Of a DNA stretch of 64,000 nt, positions 10,825 to 21,699 are shown in pieces (position 1 is the stretch's first letter; each line of letters opens with the position of its first letter). Origin of the DNA: an uncultured Solirubrobacterales bacterium (GTDB lineage: Bacteria; Actinomycetota; Thermoleophilia; Solirubrobacterales; Solirubrobacteraceae); NCBI GenBank assembly GCA_963788715.1, contig CAWBID010000023.1, positions 107,891 through 171,890 on the forward strand, written 5' to 3'. The translations under genes and the position numbers were made by a program. The notes beneath the pieces are model-generated. The model ran no database searches. It saw only the letters and a list, made by a program, of their open reading frames with translations, and was not told the DNA's origin.

Positions 10825-12975
10825 GTGTCCGTCAGCTCGCTCGCGCCTGCGCCCACCCCGCCTATAGCCGCTCCAGAGGCTCCTGAGGACACGCCATCGC
10901 TGAGGATCGCGCAGGTTGAGCCGATGACGACGGCCCGTGCCCTGCGCGGGCCGTTCGACTACCGCCTGCCCCACGGGCTGCACGCCGGTGTGGGAGTCGG
11001 CTCGATGCTCGTGGTGCCCTTCGGAGGGCGCCAGATCTTGGGCGTCGTGACGGCGATCTCCGATCGCAGCGAGGTCTCCGAGGAGAAGCTACTCACCCCT
11101 GTGCGAGCTTTGGATGAAGGTCCGCCGGCCCTTCCCCTCGATCTGGTCGTACTGGCGGAGTGGCTCGCTGAGGAGTATTGCTCCACGCTCGCCCGGGCGC
11201 TCTCCCTGGTCTTGCCACCCGCGGCGACGCGCCGGCTGAGCGGACGCAAACGGCGAGTCACCCCGACTCGCTCGGCGCGCATCCAGGTGGGCGCTCGCAC
11301 GGTTCAGCCGCCGGAGTTGACTGTCGAACAAGAGATCGCCCTATCTGAGCTGCGCGAAGCGCTCGCGTCAAGCGAATCGCAGACAAGACTGCTCGCGGGC
11401 ATCACCGGCTCGGGCAAGACGGAGGTCTACCTGCGCATCGCGGCTGACGCTTTGGCCAGCGGACAAGGCGCGATCGTGCTGGTCCCCGAGATAGCGCTCA
11501 CACCCCAGATCGTCGGGCGCTTTATCGAGCGCTTCGGCGACACCGTGGCTGTCCTACACTCGCGCTTGACCGTCGCTCAGCGCCGCGAGCAGTGGCGCCG
11601 CCTACGCGCGGGCGAGGCGCGCGTGTGCGTTGGGCCTCGCTCGGCCATATTCGCCCCGATCGAGTGTCTCGGGCTGATCGTGGTTGACGAGGAGCACGAC
11701 TCCTCCTACAAGCACGAGGGTGATCCTCGCTATGACGCCCGCACGGTAGCCGCCCGGCGGGCAAGCGACTGTGGCGCGCTGCTCGTGCTCGGCAGCGCTA
11801 CACCGCGGCCGGAGAGCATTCACGCCGCTTGGGGCGCTCCTCGTTCACAAGGCGACCGGAGGCCGGTCCTCGCAGGGTCGGCCCGGCCAGGCGAGCGGCT
11901 GCTGCGGCTTGCTAGGCGTGTGGACGGTCGCCCGCTGCCCCGGGTGAACGTACTCGACATGCGCGAGCAGGCTCCGGGCCTACATCCGCTCACCTCACAG
12001 GCTTTGACCGAGGTGCGTCGCACGCGAGGCAAGGCGATCGTGCTGCTCAACCGTCGTGGCTGGTCCAATTTCCTTACCTGCCGCTCCTGTGGGCGCGTAT
12101 GGGGCTGTCCGCAGTGCGACGTAGCCCTCGTCCTACATAGGGCCGGGAGTCAAGCAAGAGCGGACTACATAGCGTGCCATCACTGCGGCCATCGCGAACA
12201 CGCTCCGCGCAGATGCGAGTGTGGCTCTACGTCGGTCGCTCGCCACGGAACCGGCACCGAGCGTCTGCAACACGATTTGAGCGTCGCCCTCGACGACGGT
12301 GATTTTCCCGTCTTCCGTCTGGATGCCGACACCGTCGCGGGCGACGGCTCAGAGAACGGTGTCGCGCAGCTGCTCGCCGGCTTCCAAGAGGCTCCAGCAG
12401 GCATTTTGATCGGGACGCAAATGGTCGCCAAGGGTCACGATTTCCCAGATGTCAGTCTTGGGGTCGTACTCGATGCCGACGCCACACTGCGCTTCCCCGA
12501 CTTTCGCGCCGAGGAGCGAACGTTCGCGCTTGTCTGTCAGTTGGCCGGTCGCGTCGGTCGCGGAGGGGAGGGCCAGGTGCTAGTGCAGACGATGGCGCCC
12601 CAGGCGCGCTCGATCCTGCACGCCGCCGCTCACGACAGCGACGGCTTCTTGGCCGGCGAGTTGCAGCGGCGCCGTGCGCTTGACTATCCGCCCTTCGCAA
12701 GCCTGATCCGGGTGGTTTGCGCGGCAGAGCACGCAAATCGCGCGCGCGCGGCGGCCGAGGCGATTCGCTCAGCTCTGGAGGACTCGCCCGGCAGTGTGCT
12801 CGGCCCGGCGGCCCTGTTTCGCCTGCGCGGGCGCGAGCGCCAGGTATTGGTCGTCAAGACGCCGCACGAGCAGCGTCATGTCACGATCGCTCTGCTCGGT
12901 GCAGCGGTCCAGCGCGCGGCCAATGCGCGCGCCCACAAAGGCGTTGTCTTCGCCGTCGATGTCGATCCTCAGTAG
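10825..12975 (+). CDS. priA: Primosomal protein N' (replication restart helicase)
   Basis: GITGSGKTEVY, DEEH, GSATP, Cys-rich zinc region, GTQMVAKGHDFP. Confidence 0.96.
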   Translation: MSVSSLAPAPTPPIAAPEAPEDTPSLRIAQVEPMTTARALRGPFDYRLPHGLHAGVGVGSMLVVPFGGRQILGVVTAISDRSEVSEEKLLTPVRALDEGPPALPLDLVVLAEWLAEEYCSTLARALSLVLPPAATRRLSGRKRRVTPTRSARIQVGARTVQPPELTVEQEIALSELREALASSESQTRLLAGITGSGKTEVYLRIAADALASGQGAIVLVPEIALTPQIVGRFIERFGDTVAVLHSRLTVAQRREQWRRLRAGEARVCVGPRSAIFAPIECLGLIVVDEEHDSSYKHEGDPRYDARTVAARRASDCGALLVLGSATPRPESIHAAWGAPRSQGDRRPVLAGSARPGERLLRLARRVDGRPLPRVNVLDMREQAPGLHPLTSQALTEVRRTRGKAIVLLNRRGWSNFLTCRSCGRVWGCPQCDVALVLHRAGSQARADYIACHHCGHREHAPRRCECGSTSVARHGTGTERLQHDLSVALDDGDFPVFRLDADTVAGDGSENGVAQLLAGFQEAPAGILIGTQMVAKGHDFPDVSLGVVLDADATLRFPDFRAEERTFALVCQLAGRVGRGGEGQVLVQTMAPQARSILHAAAHDSDGFLAGELQRRRALDYPPFASLIRVVCAAEHANRARAAAEAIRSALEDSPGSVLGPAALFRLRGRERQVLVVKTPHEQRHVTIALLGAAVQRAANARAHKGVVFAVDVDPQ

Positions 12976-13008
12976 TCCAGCCGACCTGCTCGCCCTAGAC
13001 TTTCGGGA

Positions 13009-13614
13009 ATGAGCGACGAAGAGGTCATGGACTCGGAGGTCGAGCCCGAGGAGGGCGCGTCCACCGTAGCCGAGCTTGATCCCGAGGTGCGCGCGCGGCG
13101 CGACGCCGCCCTGCGCCACGTCCGCAAGTTCGGAGACCCCGTCCTGCGCACCACGGCCCTGCGCGTGGATCGCTTCGACACGTCGTTGGCACAGGAGATA
13201 GAGCGGATGGGGGAGCTGATGCACGACGCGCTTGGGATCGGCTTGGCTGCCACTCAGCTCGGCGTGTTGCACCGCGTGCTCGTCTACCAGGCCTACAGCG
13301 AGGATCCCCTCACGGCCCTGATCAACCCCGAGATCGAGTGGGCCGACGAGGAGCTGGAGGTGCTCGAGGAGGGCTGCCTCAGTCTGCCAGGCGTGCATGT
13401 GGAGGTGGAGCGACCGGCCCGGGTGCGCGTGCGCGCCCAAGACGCCGAGGGCAAGGAGCTGCATTTGGAGGCCGAGGGCTTGGAGGCGCGTGTGATCCAG
13501 CACGAGATCGACCACCTCGACGGCATCCTGATCCTCGACCGGATACCACGCGAGCTGCGCAAGCAGGCAATGCGTGCGATGCGCGAAGCGGTAACCGCCG
13601 CCAGCGCGGCCTAG
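13009..13614 (+). CDS. def: Peptide deformylase
   Basis: GIGLAATQ, EGCLS, QHEIDHLDG. Confidence 0.97.
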   Translation: MSDEEVMDSEVEPEEGASTVAELDPEVRARRDAALRHVRKFGDPVLRTTALRVDRFDTSLAQEIERMGELMHDALGIGLAATQLGVLHRVLVYQAYSEDPLTALINPEIEWADEELEVLEEGCLSLPGVHVEVERPARVRVRAQDAEGKELHLEAEGLEARVIQHEIDHLDGILILDRIPRELRKQAMRAMREAVTAASAA

Positions 13615-14571
13615 TGCGCACCGTCTTTCTCGGCACATCGGATTTCGCGGCTGCTCGTGCTCGTGCGTCTTGCGGGCACAGGCGCGGAGGACCCAGACAC
13701 GCCACAAACGCCGTTGCGCACGGCCGCCTCCCATAGGCCCGAGCTTGTCATCACGCGCCCCGACCGCCCGGCCGGGCGCGGTCGCAAGCTCACGGCGCCG
13801 CCAGTGGCCGACGCAGCGCGCGCCTTGGGTCTACAGCTCGCCCAGCCCGAGAGCGTCAACGACAGCGACACCCACGAGCTGATCGCAAGCGTGAACCCCG
13901 ACGTGCTGCTCGTGTGCGCTTTCGGGGTCTTGATTAAGGAGCCTCTGCTGTCCGCTTACGAGCTGCTCAACGTGCACCCCTCCCTGCTTCCTCGCTGGCG
14001 TGGAGCGGCACCGATCGAGCGCGCGATCATGGCCGGCGACGAGCGCACCGGGGTCTCGATCATGCGTCTCACGGCAGGTCTCGACAGCGGTCCCGTATGT
14101 TTGGTCCAGAGCGAGCCGATCGCTGCCCAAGACGATTTCGGCTCGCTGGCCGCGCGTTTGCGGGACCTTGGAGGAGAGCTGCTCACCCGCGCGCTGGATA
14201 CCCTCGACAGGGGAGAGCCCTTGGCCTTTTCAGAGCAGGACGAGCGGCTCGTCACCTACGCCGAGAAGATCGGCCCCGAGGATCGTGTGCTCGACCCGGA
14301 AAAGTCAGCGGTGCAGTTGGAGCGCCGCGTACGCGCTCTGTATCCCCACATCGGCGCGCGTGTGGCCCTGGCGCAGGGAACAGTGCTTGGTATACGGCGC
14401 GCCTCGCTGGCGCCAGACGCGCCTGTGCGTCAAGGCGTGTACGCCGACGGCGAGCGTCTTCTACTCGGCTGCGCCGATGGTCTGCTGGACTTGTTGGAGG
14501 TGCAGCCTCCGGGCAAGCGTCCGATGGAGGCGAAGGCGTTCCTGCGCGGCCATGGCTCACCGACGGCCTGA
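13614..14571 (+). CDS. fmt: Methionyl-tRNA formyltransferase; 1-nt frameshift near 13655
   Basis: GTG 13614 gives MRTVFLGTSDFA, continuing in the 13657 ORF with TRPDRPAGRG, NVHPSLLPRWRGAAPI, LDSG. Confidence 0.93.
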
Positions 14572-16005
14572 TGCCCCAGCGTGGAGACGCCAGCATCGGG
14601 AAGTCCAAGACCGGCAAGTCTGGTGCTCGAACACAACGGACGAGCCCCACCCGCAAAGCGTCGGTGGCGCCGGCACGCATGTGTGCTTATGAAGTCATCC
14701 GTCGCGTCTTCGAGCAAGGCGCTTACGCCGACCAAGCTCTGCAGGCCCAAGCTCAATCACTTGACGCGCGCGACCGTGCCCTGGCGATGCGACTCGCCTA
14801 TGGCGCGATCCAACGTCGCCTCACGCTCGACCACGTGCTGCCAGCGGCTCGCCAAACGACCAGCCGAGCGCTTGGACCGCCCCTTGCTTGCGGCCTTGCG
14901 CTTGGGCTTGTACGAGCTGCTCTACCTGAGCGGTGCACCCGACCACGCAGTCGTCGCCGACTGCGTCGAGCTGGCCAAGAGCGGACGTGGGGCCGGTTAC
15001 GGCCTCGTCAACGCCGTTCTGCGGCGCGCGGCACGCGAAGGTGCCGCCGAGCTGCTCGGCGACCTGCGTGAGGACACGCCCGACTATGCCGCCATCGCCT
15101 ACTCGCACCCAGCGTGGATTGCTCGTATGTGGTGGCAGGACTTGGGTCCCAGCGAGACGCGCGCCCTGATGGAGGCCGACAACGAGCCCGGCGAGCTCGC
15201 GGTGCGTGTCAACACCCTCCTCGCCGAGCCGTCGAGTCTGGCTCGAGAGCTGGCGGTCGCCACTCACACAGACCCAGAGTTGCCCGAGGCTTTGGTGCTG
15301 GACGGTCCCTTCGACCTGCATGGCTCCAGTGCATGGAGCGAGGGCAAGCTCCTCGCCCAATCGCGCGCGGCGATGCTGGTTGCCCGTGCTTTGGATCCCC
15401 AACCAGGCGATCGCGTGCTCGACCTGTGCGCCGCGCCCGGCGGCAAGAGCACACACATAGCCGCCTTGATGGAAGACGAGGGTGAAGTGGTAGCAGTCGA
15501 GCGCAACCCGGCACGTGCCGCCGAGCTGCGTGAGACCGCCCAACGTCTGAAAGCGAGAAGCATCCAGGTCGAAGTGGCGGATGCGGTCCGCGCCAGAGCC
15601 GAAACAGACCGCTTCGACCGCGTGCTCGTCGACCCGCCCTGCTCGGGCCTTGGCACCCTTCAGGCTCGTCCCGACCTACGTTGGCGCCTGACGCCGGCCA
15701 AGCTGGAGGAGCTGGCTCAGCTGCAGGCCGAGATCCTCACCGCAGGCGCCGCCGCGCTCCGTCCGGGTGGCGTGCTGGTCTACTCGACGTGCACGATCTC
15801 AGCGACCGAGAACGAGCGACAGATAGAGTCGTTCCTCACACGTAACTCGGGGTTTGCGCTCGAGGATGTAACGCACGAACAACGATCCCATCCTCACCCT
15901 CATATGCCGAAGGCCGTCCTGACAATGCCCCACCGTGACCGCACCGCCGGGTTCTTCATCGCACGGATGCGGCGAGTAGAGGATCTCCCCGCGGGTAGGC
16001 TCTGA
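14571..16005 (+). CDS. rsmB: 16S rRNA m5C967 methyltransferase RsmB/Sun with NusB-like domain; frameshift near 14840
   Basis: NusB-like N-terminus (DRALAMRLAYG) in the 14097 ORF frame, then LDLCAAPGGKS, VDPPCSGLG, YSTCT in the 14581 ORF frame. Confidence 0.92.
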
Positions 16006-16007
16006 GA

Positions 16008-16256
16008 ATGGAGGGCGAGCATCCCACCCCCGCGAAAGAGCAGGTCAACCTGGGACCGCTATGTCCCAACTGCGCCGAGCCTTGGCTTCGACCCACCAAC
16101 CTGCCCGGCCGCTATCGCTGTGTCTACTGCCTGCACCGCTTCGAGCTTTCCTCAGTCTGTCCCAACTGTGGCGAGCACTCAACGATCGTGCGCATGTCCT
16201 CCACTGCGATTCTCAAGTGCAATAACTGTGGCGACTCCATGTTGATGCCAATCTGA
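16008..16256 (+). CDS. Small double zinc-ribbon protein, function unknown
   Basis: 82 aa with four CxxC pairs (CPNC, CVYC, CPNC, CNNC); fills the gap between rsmB and rpe. Confidence 0.75.
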   Translation: MEGEHPTPAKEQVNLGPLCPNCAEPWLRPTNLPGRYRCVYCLHRFELSSVCPNCGEHSTIVRMSSTAILKCNNCGDSMLMPI

Positions 16257-16280
16257 GGCGCCGACTGAGATGATCTTGTC

Positions 16281-16964
16281 GTGATGACAGCAGATCTTCT
16301 GCGCGAGGTGCGCGTGGCGCCCTCGATCCTCTCGGCTGACTTCGCACGCTTGGGCGCACAGGTGGGGGAAGTCCTGGACGCGGGTGCACGTGTGATCCAC
16401 GTCGACGTGATGGACGGGCATTTCGTGCCATCGATCACCCTGGGGCCGATCGTCGTCGCCGCCTTGCGCGAGCAGGTGGAGCAGGTCGGCGGCCTGCTCG
16501 ACGTGCACCTGATGATCGAGCGGCCCGAGCGCCACATCGCCGAGTTCCTGCAGGCCGGGGCGCACTCGATCACCTTCCACGCTGAGGCCACGCCCCACGT
16601 CGCTTACGCCGCCTCCTTGGTGCGAGAAGGCGGAGCCAGTGTTGGCGTGGCGATCAACCCGGCCACCCCCGTCGGGGCTGTTGCCGAGCTGAGCGCCGCG
16701 ATCGACCTTGCCTTGTGCATGACCGTCAATCCGGGCTGGGGGGGACAGAAGTTCATCGCCCACTCCTTGGACAAGGTTGAGCGTCTGCGCCACATCCTCG
16801 GCGACGGGATCGCCTTGGAGGTCGATGGCGGCATCGATCCCACCACTGCCGGCCCAACTCGAGCGGCGGGGGCCAACCTGTTCGTAGCCGGCTCGGCCGT
16901 GTTTGGGTCGCCCGACCCCGCCGCCGCATACAGAGAGGTTGCCGAGGCAGCCGGAGCGGTCTAA
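16281..16964 (+). CDS. rpe: Ribulose-phosphate 3-epimerase
   Basis: APSILSADF, HVDVMDGHFVP, DVHLMI, MTVNPGWGGQ, VDGGI. Confidence 0.97.
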   Translation: MMTADLLREVRVAPSILSADFARLGAQVGEVLDAGARVIHVDVMDGHFVPSITLGPIVVAALREQVEQVGGLLDVHLMIERPERHIAEFLQAGAHSITFHAEATPHVAYAASLVREGGASVGVAINPATPVGAVAELSAAIDLALCMTVNPGWGGQKFIAHSLDKVERLRHILGDGIALEVDGGIDPTTAGPTRAAGANLFVAGSAVFGSPDPAAAYREVAEAAGAV

Positions 16965-17006
16965 GCGCTCACCGTCCGATCGAAGTGAGCTGCCGGCTCG
17001 GGGTAT

Positions 17007-18371
17007 TCAGGCCGGCGCGCGCGTGGCCCGACGTGTGGCCGGGGTACTGCGCCGGTACACGACGCCCAGCATCAAGGCCAGCAAGCTGGTGGCGCCGAGA
17101 TAGCCGATCTCGGTCCGCAACAGTTCTTCGCTCACAAGCGGCGTCAGCATCCAAGCCACAAACACGACCGCCGCCACGATCCAACAGTAGGCAGCGGTGC
17201 GCGCCTGATTGCGTGCCAGCGCTGCCTGGTTGAGCGCACCCGAAGCCAAGTGCATGCCCATGCCCAGGCCGATCAGGGCCAGCCCCACGCGCCCGTATTC
17301 AAAGCTCTGGCCGAACAGCGCTTTCATCACCGGTGGGCCGATCGCCAACAGCCCCAGCGCCACCGCCAATGCGAAGGCGACGATCGCCATCACCGTCAGC
17401 TTGATTGCCTTTGCGAACGCCTCGTGGCCCTCGGTCGCCTCCAAGCCCGTCAAGTGGGGCAGCAGCGAAGTCTGGATCGCTTGAAAGAGCTGCAGTGGTG
17501 CTCGGGCGATCAGCAGCACGTTGAACACGATTCCCGCCAGCGCCGCGTTTGTCGAAGTGATGTCCACCGTCAGGACGGCAGCATTCAGCAGCGTCTGCTC
17601 GGAGAGCATCACGCCCGAGACCGCGAACGCAAAGCCCGACCCCCTGCGCAGCGAAAGCTCATCCGCGGCTACCGCCTCCTCGACTCCCTCGGTCCCCGGC
17701 CCGGCCAAAGCGGCGTCCAGCTCCTCCATCTCCGGCGCGCCTTCGGGCTCAGCCGGTTGAGCGCCGCTTCTCGCGAACGCCGCCGGTACCACCACCAGCG
17801 ACACGAACGGAGCTGCCGCGATCCCCAACGCGACCGCGGTTTGCCCATTCGTCAGCCCGATCGCTACCGCCAGCGCGAAGCAGAGCCGCGAGACCGACTC
17901 CATCAACACCAGCCCGCCAAACAGCCCGAAGTATTCGTGCCCGGCCAGCCAACCCCTGGCGAAATAGCTGGCGGCATACGCCAACGTGCCGACCACCAAC
18001 ACCCAATACAGCGCCGCGTAATGGCCGAACACGTCATCTATCAACACTTCGTGCAACGCCAGCGCCACGATCAGGAAGGCCAGCGCGAAACTGGCCTGGA
18101 TCGCGATCGGCACCTTTACGGAATGTTGGGCATGCCCTCGTGCCCTGCGGTCGGCGATTGTGCGACTGAGCAACTGTTCGATCGGCCTGTAAATGACCGA
18201 GATGATCACGAACATGATCGACCACAACAGGTCCAATCGCTTGGCCTCAACTTCACCCAGGACGTGGCTCGCGATCGAGAAGTAAGCGAAAGTCAGCAGG
18301 CCCGTCGAGGCGATCCCGATCGACAGCAGCTTCGCTCCGCTGCCGTAGGAGCGCCCCTTAGAGGCGGACAA
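17007..18371 (-). CDS. Multi-pass membrane protein, putative Wzx/MOP-family oligosaccharide flippase
   Basis: About 12 hydrophobic segments; co-oriented downstream of GT2 and methyltransferase; probable TTG start at 18371. Confidence 0.65.
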   Translation of the reverse strand: MSASKGRSYGSGAKLLSIGIASTGLLTFAYFSIASHVLGEVEAKRLDLLWSIMFVIISVIYRPIEQLLSRTIADRRARGHAQHSVKVPIAIQASFALAFLIVALALHEVLIDDVFGHYAALYWVLVVGTLAYAASYFARGWLAGHEYFGLFGGLVLMESVSRLCFALAVAIGLTNGQTAVALGIAAAPFVSLVVVPAAFARSGAQPAEPEGAPEMEELDAALAGPGTEGVEEAVAADELSLRRGSGFAFAVSGVMLSEQTLLNAAVLTVDITSTNAALAGIVFNVLLIARAPLQLFQAIQTSLLPHLTGLEATEGHEAFAKAIKLTVMAIVAFALAVALGLLAIGPPVMKALFGQSFEYGRVGLALIGLGMGMHLASGALNQAALARNQARTAAYCWIVAAVVFVAWMLTPLVSEELLRTEIGYLGATSLLALMLGVVYRRSTPATRRATRAPA

Positions 18372-18984
18372 GCAGCATCGTCCAAGGGAACGGCGAGCGC
18401 GCCTCCACGACCTTGCCATAGCGCGAGAGCAGCTTCACGAACGAGCGCTTAGACCAGTGGTTCAGATGCCCGGGCGTGTTACCCAAATCCTTCAGGTAGG
18501 CGCCTCGTGCCATGTTCAGCATCCGCCACAACGGCTCCCTCGGGACCGACACGAGCAGTCGGTGCTCAGCGCAACGGGCCATCTCGGCCAGCGTGTGCTC
18601 CGGGTCGGGCACGTGCTCGAGCACCTCGATCGCGCAGGCCAAGTCAAACTCGTTCTCGGCGAACGGTAGGTTCTCGGCCCTCATCACCTTGTACTCCAGG
18701 TTTGGCGCCTTACGTTGCTCCCAGCCAGCCTGGATCGAGGGCTCCTCCAGGTCGATGCCCACCACGCGCGCCGGCTCCAGTCGTTGGGCCCACTGGTGCA
18801 CCAGCACGCCCTCGCCGCAACCCACGTCCAACAATGAGATCGGGCTGGCGGCCTCGAGCATGTCGTCGAGGGCGCTCTCGAAACCGTCCATCATCCGCCT
18901 GACCAGCGGATTGGTGGAGCCGTACTTGTCGTAGGTATTGCCAGTGACGATCCCGTCCTCGGAGACCGTGACGCCGCCGCTCAT
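18358..18984 (-). CDS. Class I SAM-dependent methyltransferase
   Basis: LLDVGCGEG motif I, LPFAENEFD, IEVLEHV. Confidence 0.9.
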   Translation of the reverse strand: MSGGVTVSEDGIVTGNTYDKYGSTNPLVRRMMDGFESALDDMLEAASPISLLDVGCGEGVLVHQWAQRLEPARVVGIDLEEPSIQAGWEQRKAPNLEYKVMRAENLPFAENEFDLACAIEVLEHVPDPEHTLAEMARCAEHRLLVSVPREPLWRMLNMARGAYLKDLGNTPGHLNHWSKRSFVKLLSRYGKVVEARSPFPWTMLLVRL

Positions 18985-20066
18985 ACCTCGATCTTCTCAG
19001 CTTGGCCGGGCGAATCGCGCGAGCCAAGCGCGTCGGTGGCGCCACCCGGGTTTGCCGCGTCGGCCGTCTTTGGACTCGGGGCCAGGCGGGTCTCGTTCGA
19101 TTCGTAATGGGAGGGCTCGACCCCGAGCTGCAGCTCGATCCGGCGTACTCGCTCAAACGTCTTCTGTGTCATCACTCGCTGCGCGGCCAACAGATCGCCG
19201 ATCACACCCAGGGCCCACAGAACAACCGCGGCGATGAACAGCACTGCGCCCAGGATCAGCGATTGCACGTGTCCCTTGCCGTTGCCTTCCGCATAGGCGA
19301 CCACAAAGCGAATCCACACACCCAGCGCGGCCACTCCGATTACCGCGGCCAGGCTCCAGAACACCCGCAACGGCTCGTACTGCGCATAGATCCTGAAGAT
19401 CGAGATCGAATTGCGTCGCACATAGGCGCCCATCGAGGGGAACAAGCGCGACTCGCGCGTCTTCGGGTTGGTCCTAATCGGAACGTGATCGATCGCCACC
19501 AGTTGCTTGCCGGCCTGGATGATCGTCTCCAGGGTGTAAGTGAATTTGGAGACCACCAAGATCTGGATCGCGGCCTCGCGGTTATAGGCCCTGAAGCCCG
19601 ACGTGGTGTCCGGCACCGAGGTCGAAGACGCCTGGCGCACGACCCATGAACCGAGGCGTTGCAGCCGCTTCTTCAGTCCCGAGAAGTGCTCGATATTGGT
19701 GACCTCCCGGTCGCCCACCACCATGTCGGCGTCGCCCCTGAGGATCGGCCCGACCAGCTTGACGATGTCCGGGCCGTAGTACTGGTTATCGGCGTCGGTG
19801 TTCACGACTACATCGGCGCCCAACTTCAGGCAGGCGTCCAATCCCGCCTGGAAACCCGCCGCAAGTCCCTTGTTGTTGGTCAACCGCACTATGTGATCGA
19901 CCCCATGCGCCCGCGCCACGGCGATCGTCTCGTCGGTCGAGCCGTCGTCGACGATCAGCCACTCCACGGTCTGAAAGCCCTCGACCTGGCGTGGCAGGTC
20001 GGCCAGCGTCGCCGGCAACTGCTCGGCCTCGTTGAAACAGGGGATCTGGATGATGAGCTTCATCAT
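18981..20066 (-). CDS. GT2 glycosyltransferase (polyprenol-phosphate sugar synthase-like) with two C-terminal TM helices
   Basis: IQIPCFNE, VDDGSTD, NTDADNQY, DTTSGFRAY. Confidence 0.9.
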   Translation of the reverse strand: MMKLIIQIPCFNEAEQLPATLADLPRQVEGFQTVEWLIVDDGSTDETIAVARAHGVDHIVRLTNNKGLAAGFQAGLDACLKLGADVVVNTDADNQYYGPDIVKLVGPILRGDADMVVGDREVTNIEHFSGLKKRLQRLGSWVVRQASSTSVPDTTSGFRAYNREAAIQILVVSKFTYTLETIIQAGKQLVAIDHVPIRTNPKTRESRLFPSMGAYVRRNSISIFRIYAQYEPLRVFWSLAAVIGVAALGVWIRFVVAYAEGNGKGHVQSLILGAVLFIAAVVLWALGVIGDLLAAQRVMTQKTFERVRRIELQLGVEPSHYESNETRLAPSPKTADAANPGGATDALGSRDSPGQAEKIEV

Positions 20067-20148
20067 GCGAAAGCCTAGTTTGTAGGCCCTCCCCCCAAGG
20101 GGGGAGGACATTGGGACGGAGCACGGAGCTTCATCATGCGAAAGCCTA
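20055..20148. repeat. 23-bp perfect direct repeat GAGCTTCATCATGCGAAAGCCTA flanking a GC hairpin
   Basis: Copies at 20055-20077 and 20126-20148; the 48-bp spacer holds CCTCCCCCC-AA-GGGGGGAGG. Confidence 0.9.
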
Positions 20149-20171
20149 TCCCGTCTAGGCTCTACGGCCGG

Positions 20172-21699
20172 ATGGCAAGCGCATCGGCGATCAGGCATAA
20201 CCGGTCCGGCCGGGGAGGCCTACAACTACAAAGGCTGCGCGCAATCCCGGCGTCGCGCTGGGCGGTCCTGGCTTTTGCCGCGATGTGCGCTCTGGCGTTG
20301 CTCGGCTACTTCGCCTTCCCCACCTATCCCACCTACGACTCCTTCTATGCGCTCTTGTGGGGGCGCGACGTCCTGCACCTGCACACGCCTGACTTCAGCG
20401 TCTATCGGGGCCCCACCGAGCACCCTTTGGCGATCGTCTTCGGAGCCTTCTGCTCGATCTTCGGTCAGGGTGGTGCCCGCCTGATGGTGTTCGGCTCGAT
20501 CGCCTCCTTCGTGGCGCTCGTGGCAGGCGTGTACCGCTTGGGACGCCTCTGTTTCGGTCCGGTCGTCGGCGCCCTCGCGGGTCTGCTGGTCCTGAGCCGC
20601 TTCTTTGTCGAGAACCTCGCGGCTCAGGGCTACCTCGACATCTCCTATGTCGCCTTGGTGGTGTGGGCCACGGCTTTGGAGATTGAGCGTCCTCGCCGTG
20701 GGCCTTCGGTGTTCTTGCTGCTGGCGGCCGCGGGGCTCTTGCGTCCAGACGCTTGGCTCTTGAGCGGCGTCTACTGGCTGTGGTGTGCGTGGCCGGCCGA
20801 CAACGCCACGCGTCTGCGCTACCTGGGCCTGGCCGCGATCGCGCCGATCGTGTGGATCGGCGTGGACGGACTCGTCACGGGCAATCCGCTGTATTCGCTT
20901 CACTCGACTTCGGGCTTGGCCGCAGAATTGGGGCGCACCGAGAAATTCTCTGAAGTTCTCTCCTCGACCTGGTCCTACGCCGTGCGTATCGACAAGCTGC
21001 CAGTGGTACTCGGCTCGCTTGCTGGAATCTTGCTGGCGATCTGGTTGGCGCCCAGACGTGTGCTCGTGCTATTGGTGGTGCTCGGGAGCCTCTTGTTCGT
21101 GTTCATAGCTGAGGGCGCTGCGGGCGCGTCGGTCGTCGACCGCTACATGATCGGCGCTTCGGTCGTGATGCTCGTCTTCTGCGGGCTGGCGATTGGGGGC
21201 TGGTCGATGCTCGAGGCAAGGCACCGCGTTGCGACGGGTATGGATGGTGGGAGCGGCCCTGCTCGTGCTCTACGGAGGTGCCTCCGCCGCCCGCACGCTC
21301 AGCCTTTCCAGCCTGAGCACCACGCTCGCCGACCACGAGGACTTCCACGAGGGGCTCGCCGCCGCTTTGCACAGCCCGGCCGTCAAAGCACAGCTAAAGC
21401 GCTGTCCACTGTTGTCGTTGCCGAACAACAAGCTGATTCCCGACGCACGATGGATCCTCGACAGCACCGGCCAGCGTGAGATCGTGGCCCGTAGCCAGGC
21501 CAGCGCCGATGCGCTCAAGGGAGCGGATGAGCTCAAGCGCCGTATCCAAGCGGGCAGCGTCGCGGTCTATCCGCTCGGCGAAGCCGTGTTCGTGGAGGCG
21601 ATCGTGGACCTCGGCGACGATCCGCGCGACCAAGTGCCTTTGAAGGGCTTTCATCGCATCTACACGAGCCGCTACTACGCGGTCTATGGCAACTGCTGA
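20172..21699 (+). CDS. Multi-TM protein, putative GT-C fold glycosyltransferase; frameshift near 21217
   Basis: PTYDSFY loop after TM1, PTEHPL, LLRPDAW, many TM helices; C-terminus continues in the 21193-21699 ORF. Confidence 0.65.

Noticed and set aside
20055-20148. CRISPR mini-array
   Set aside because: Only two copies, the repeat equals the GT2 promoter and start, and there are no cas genes
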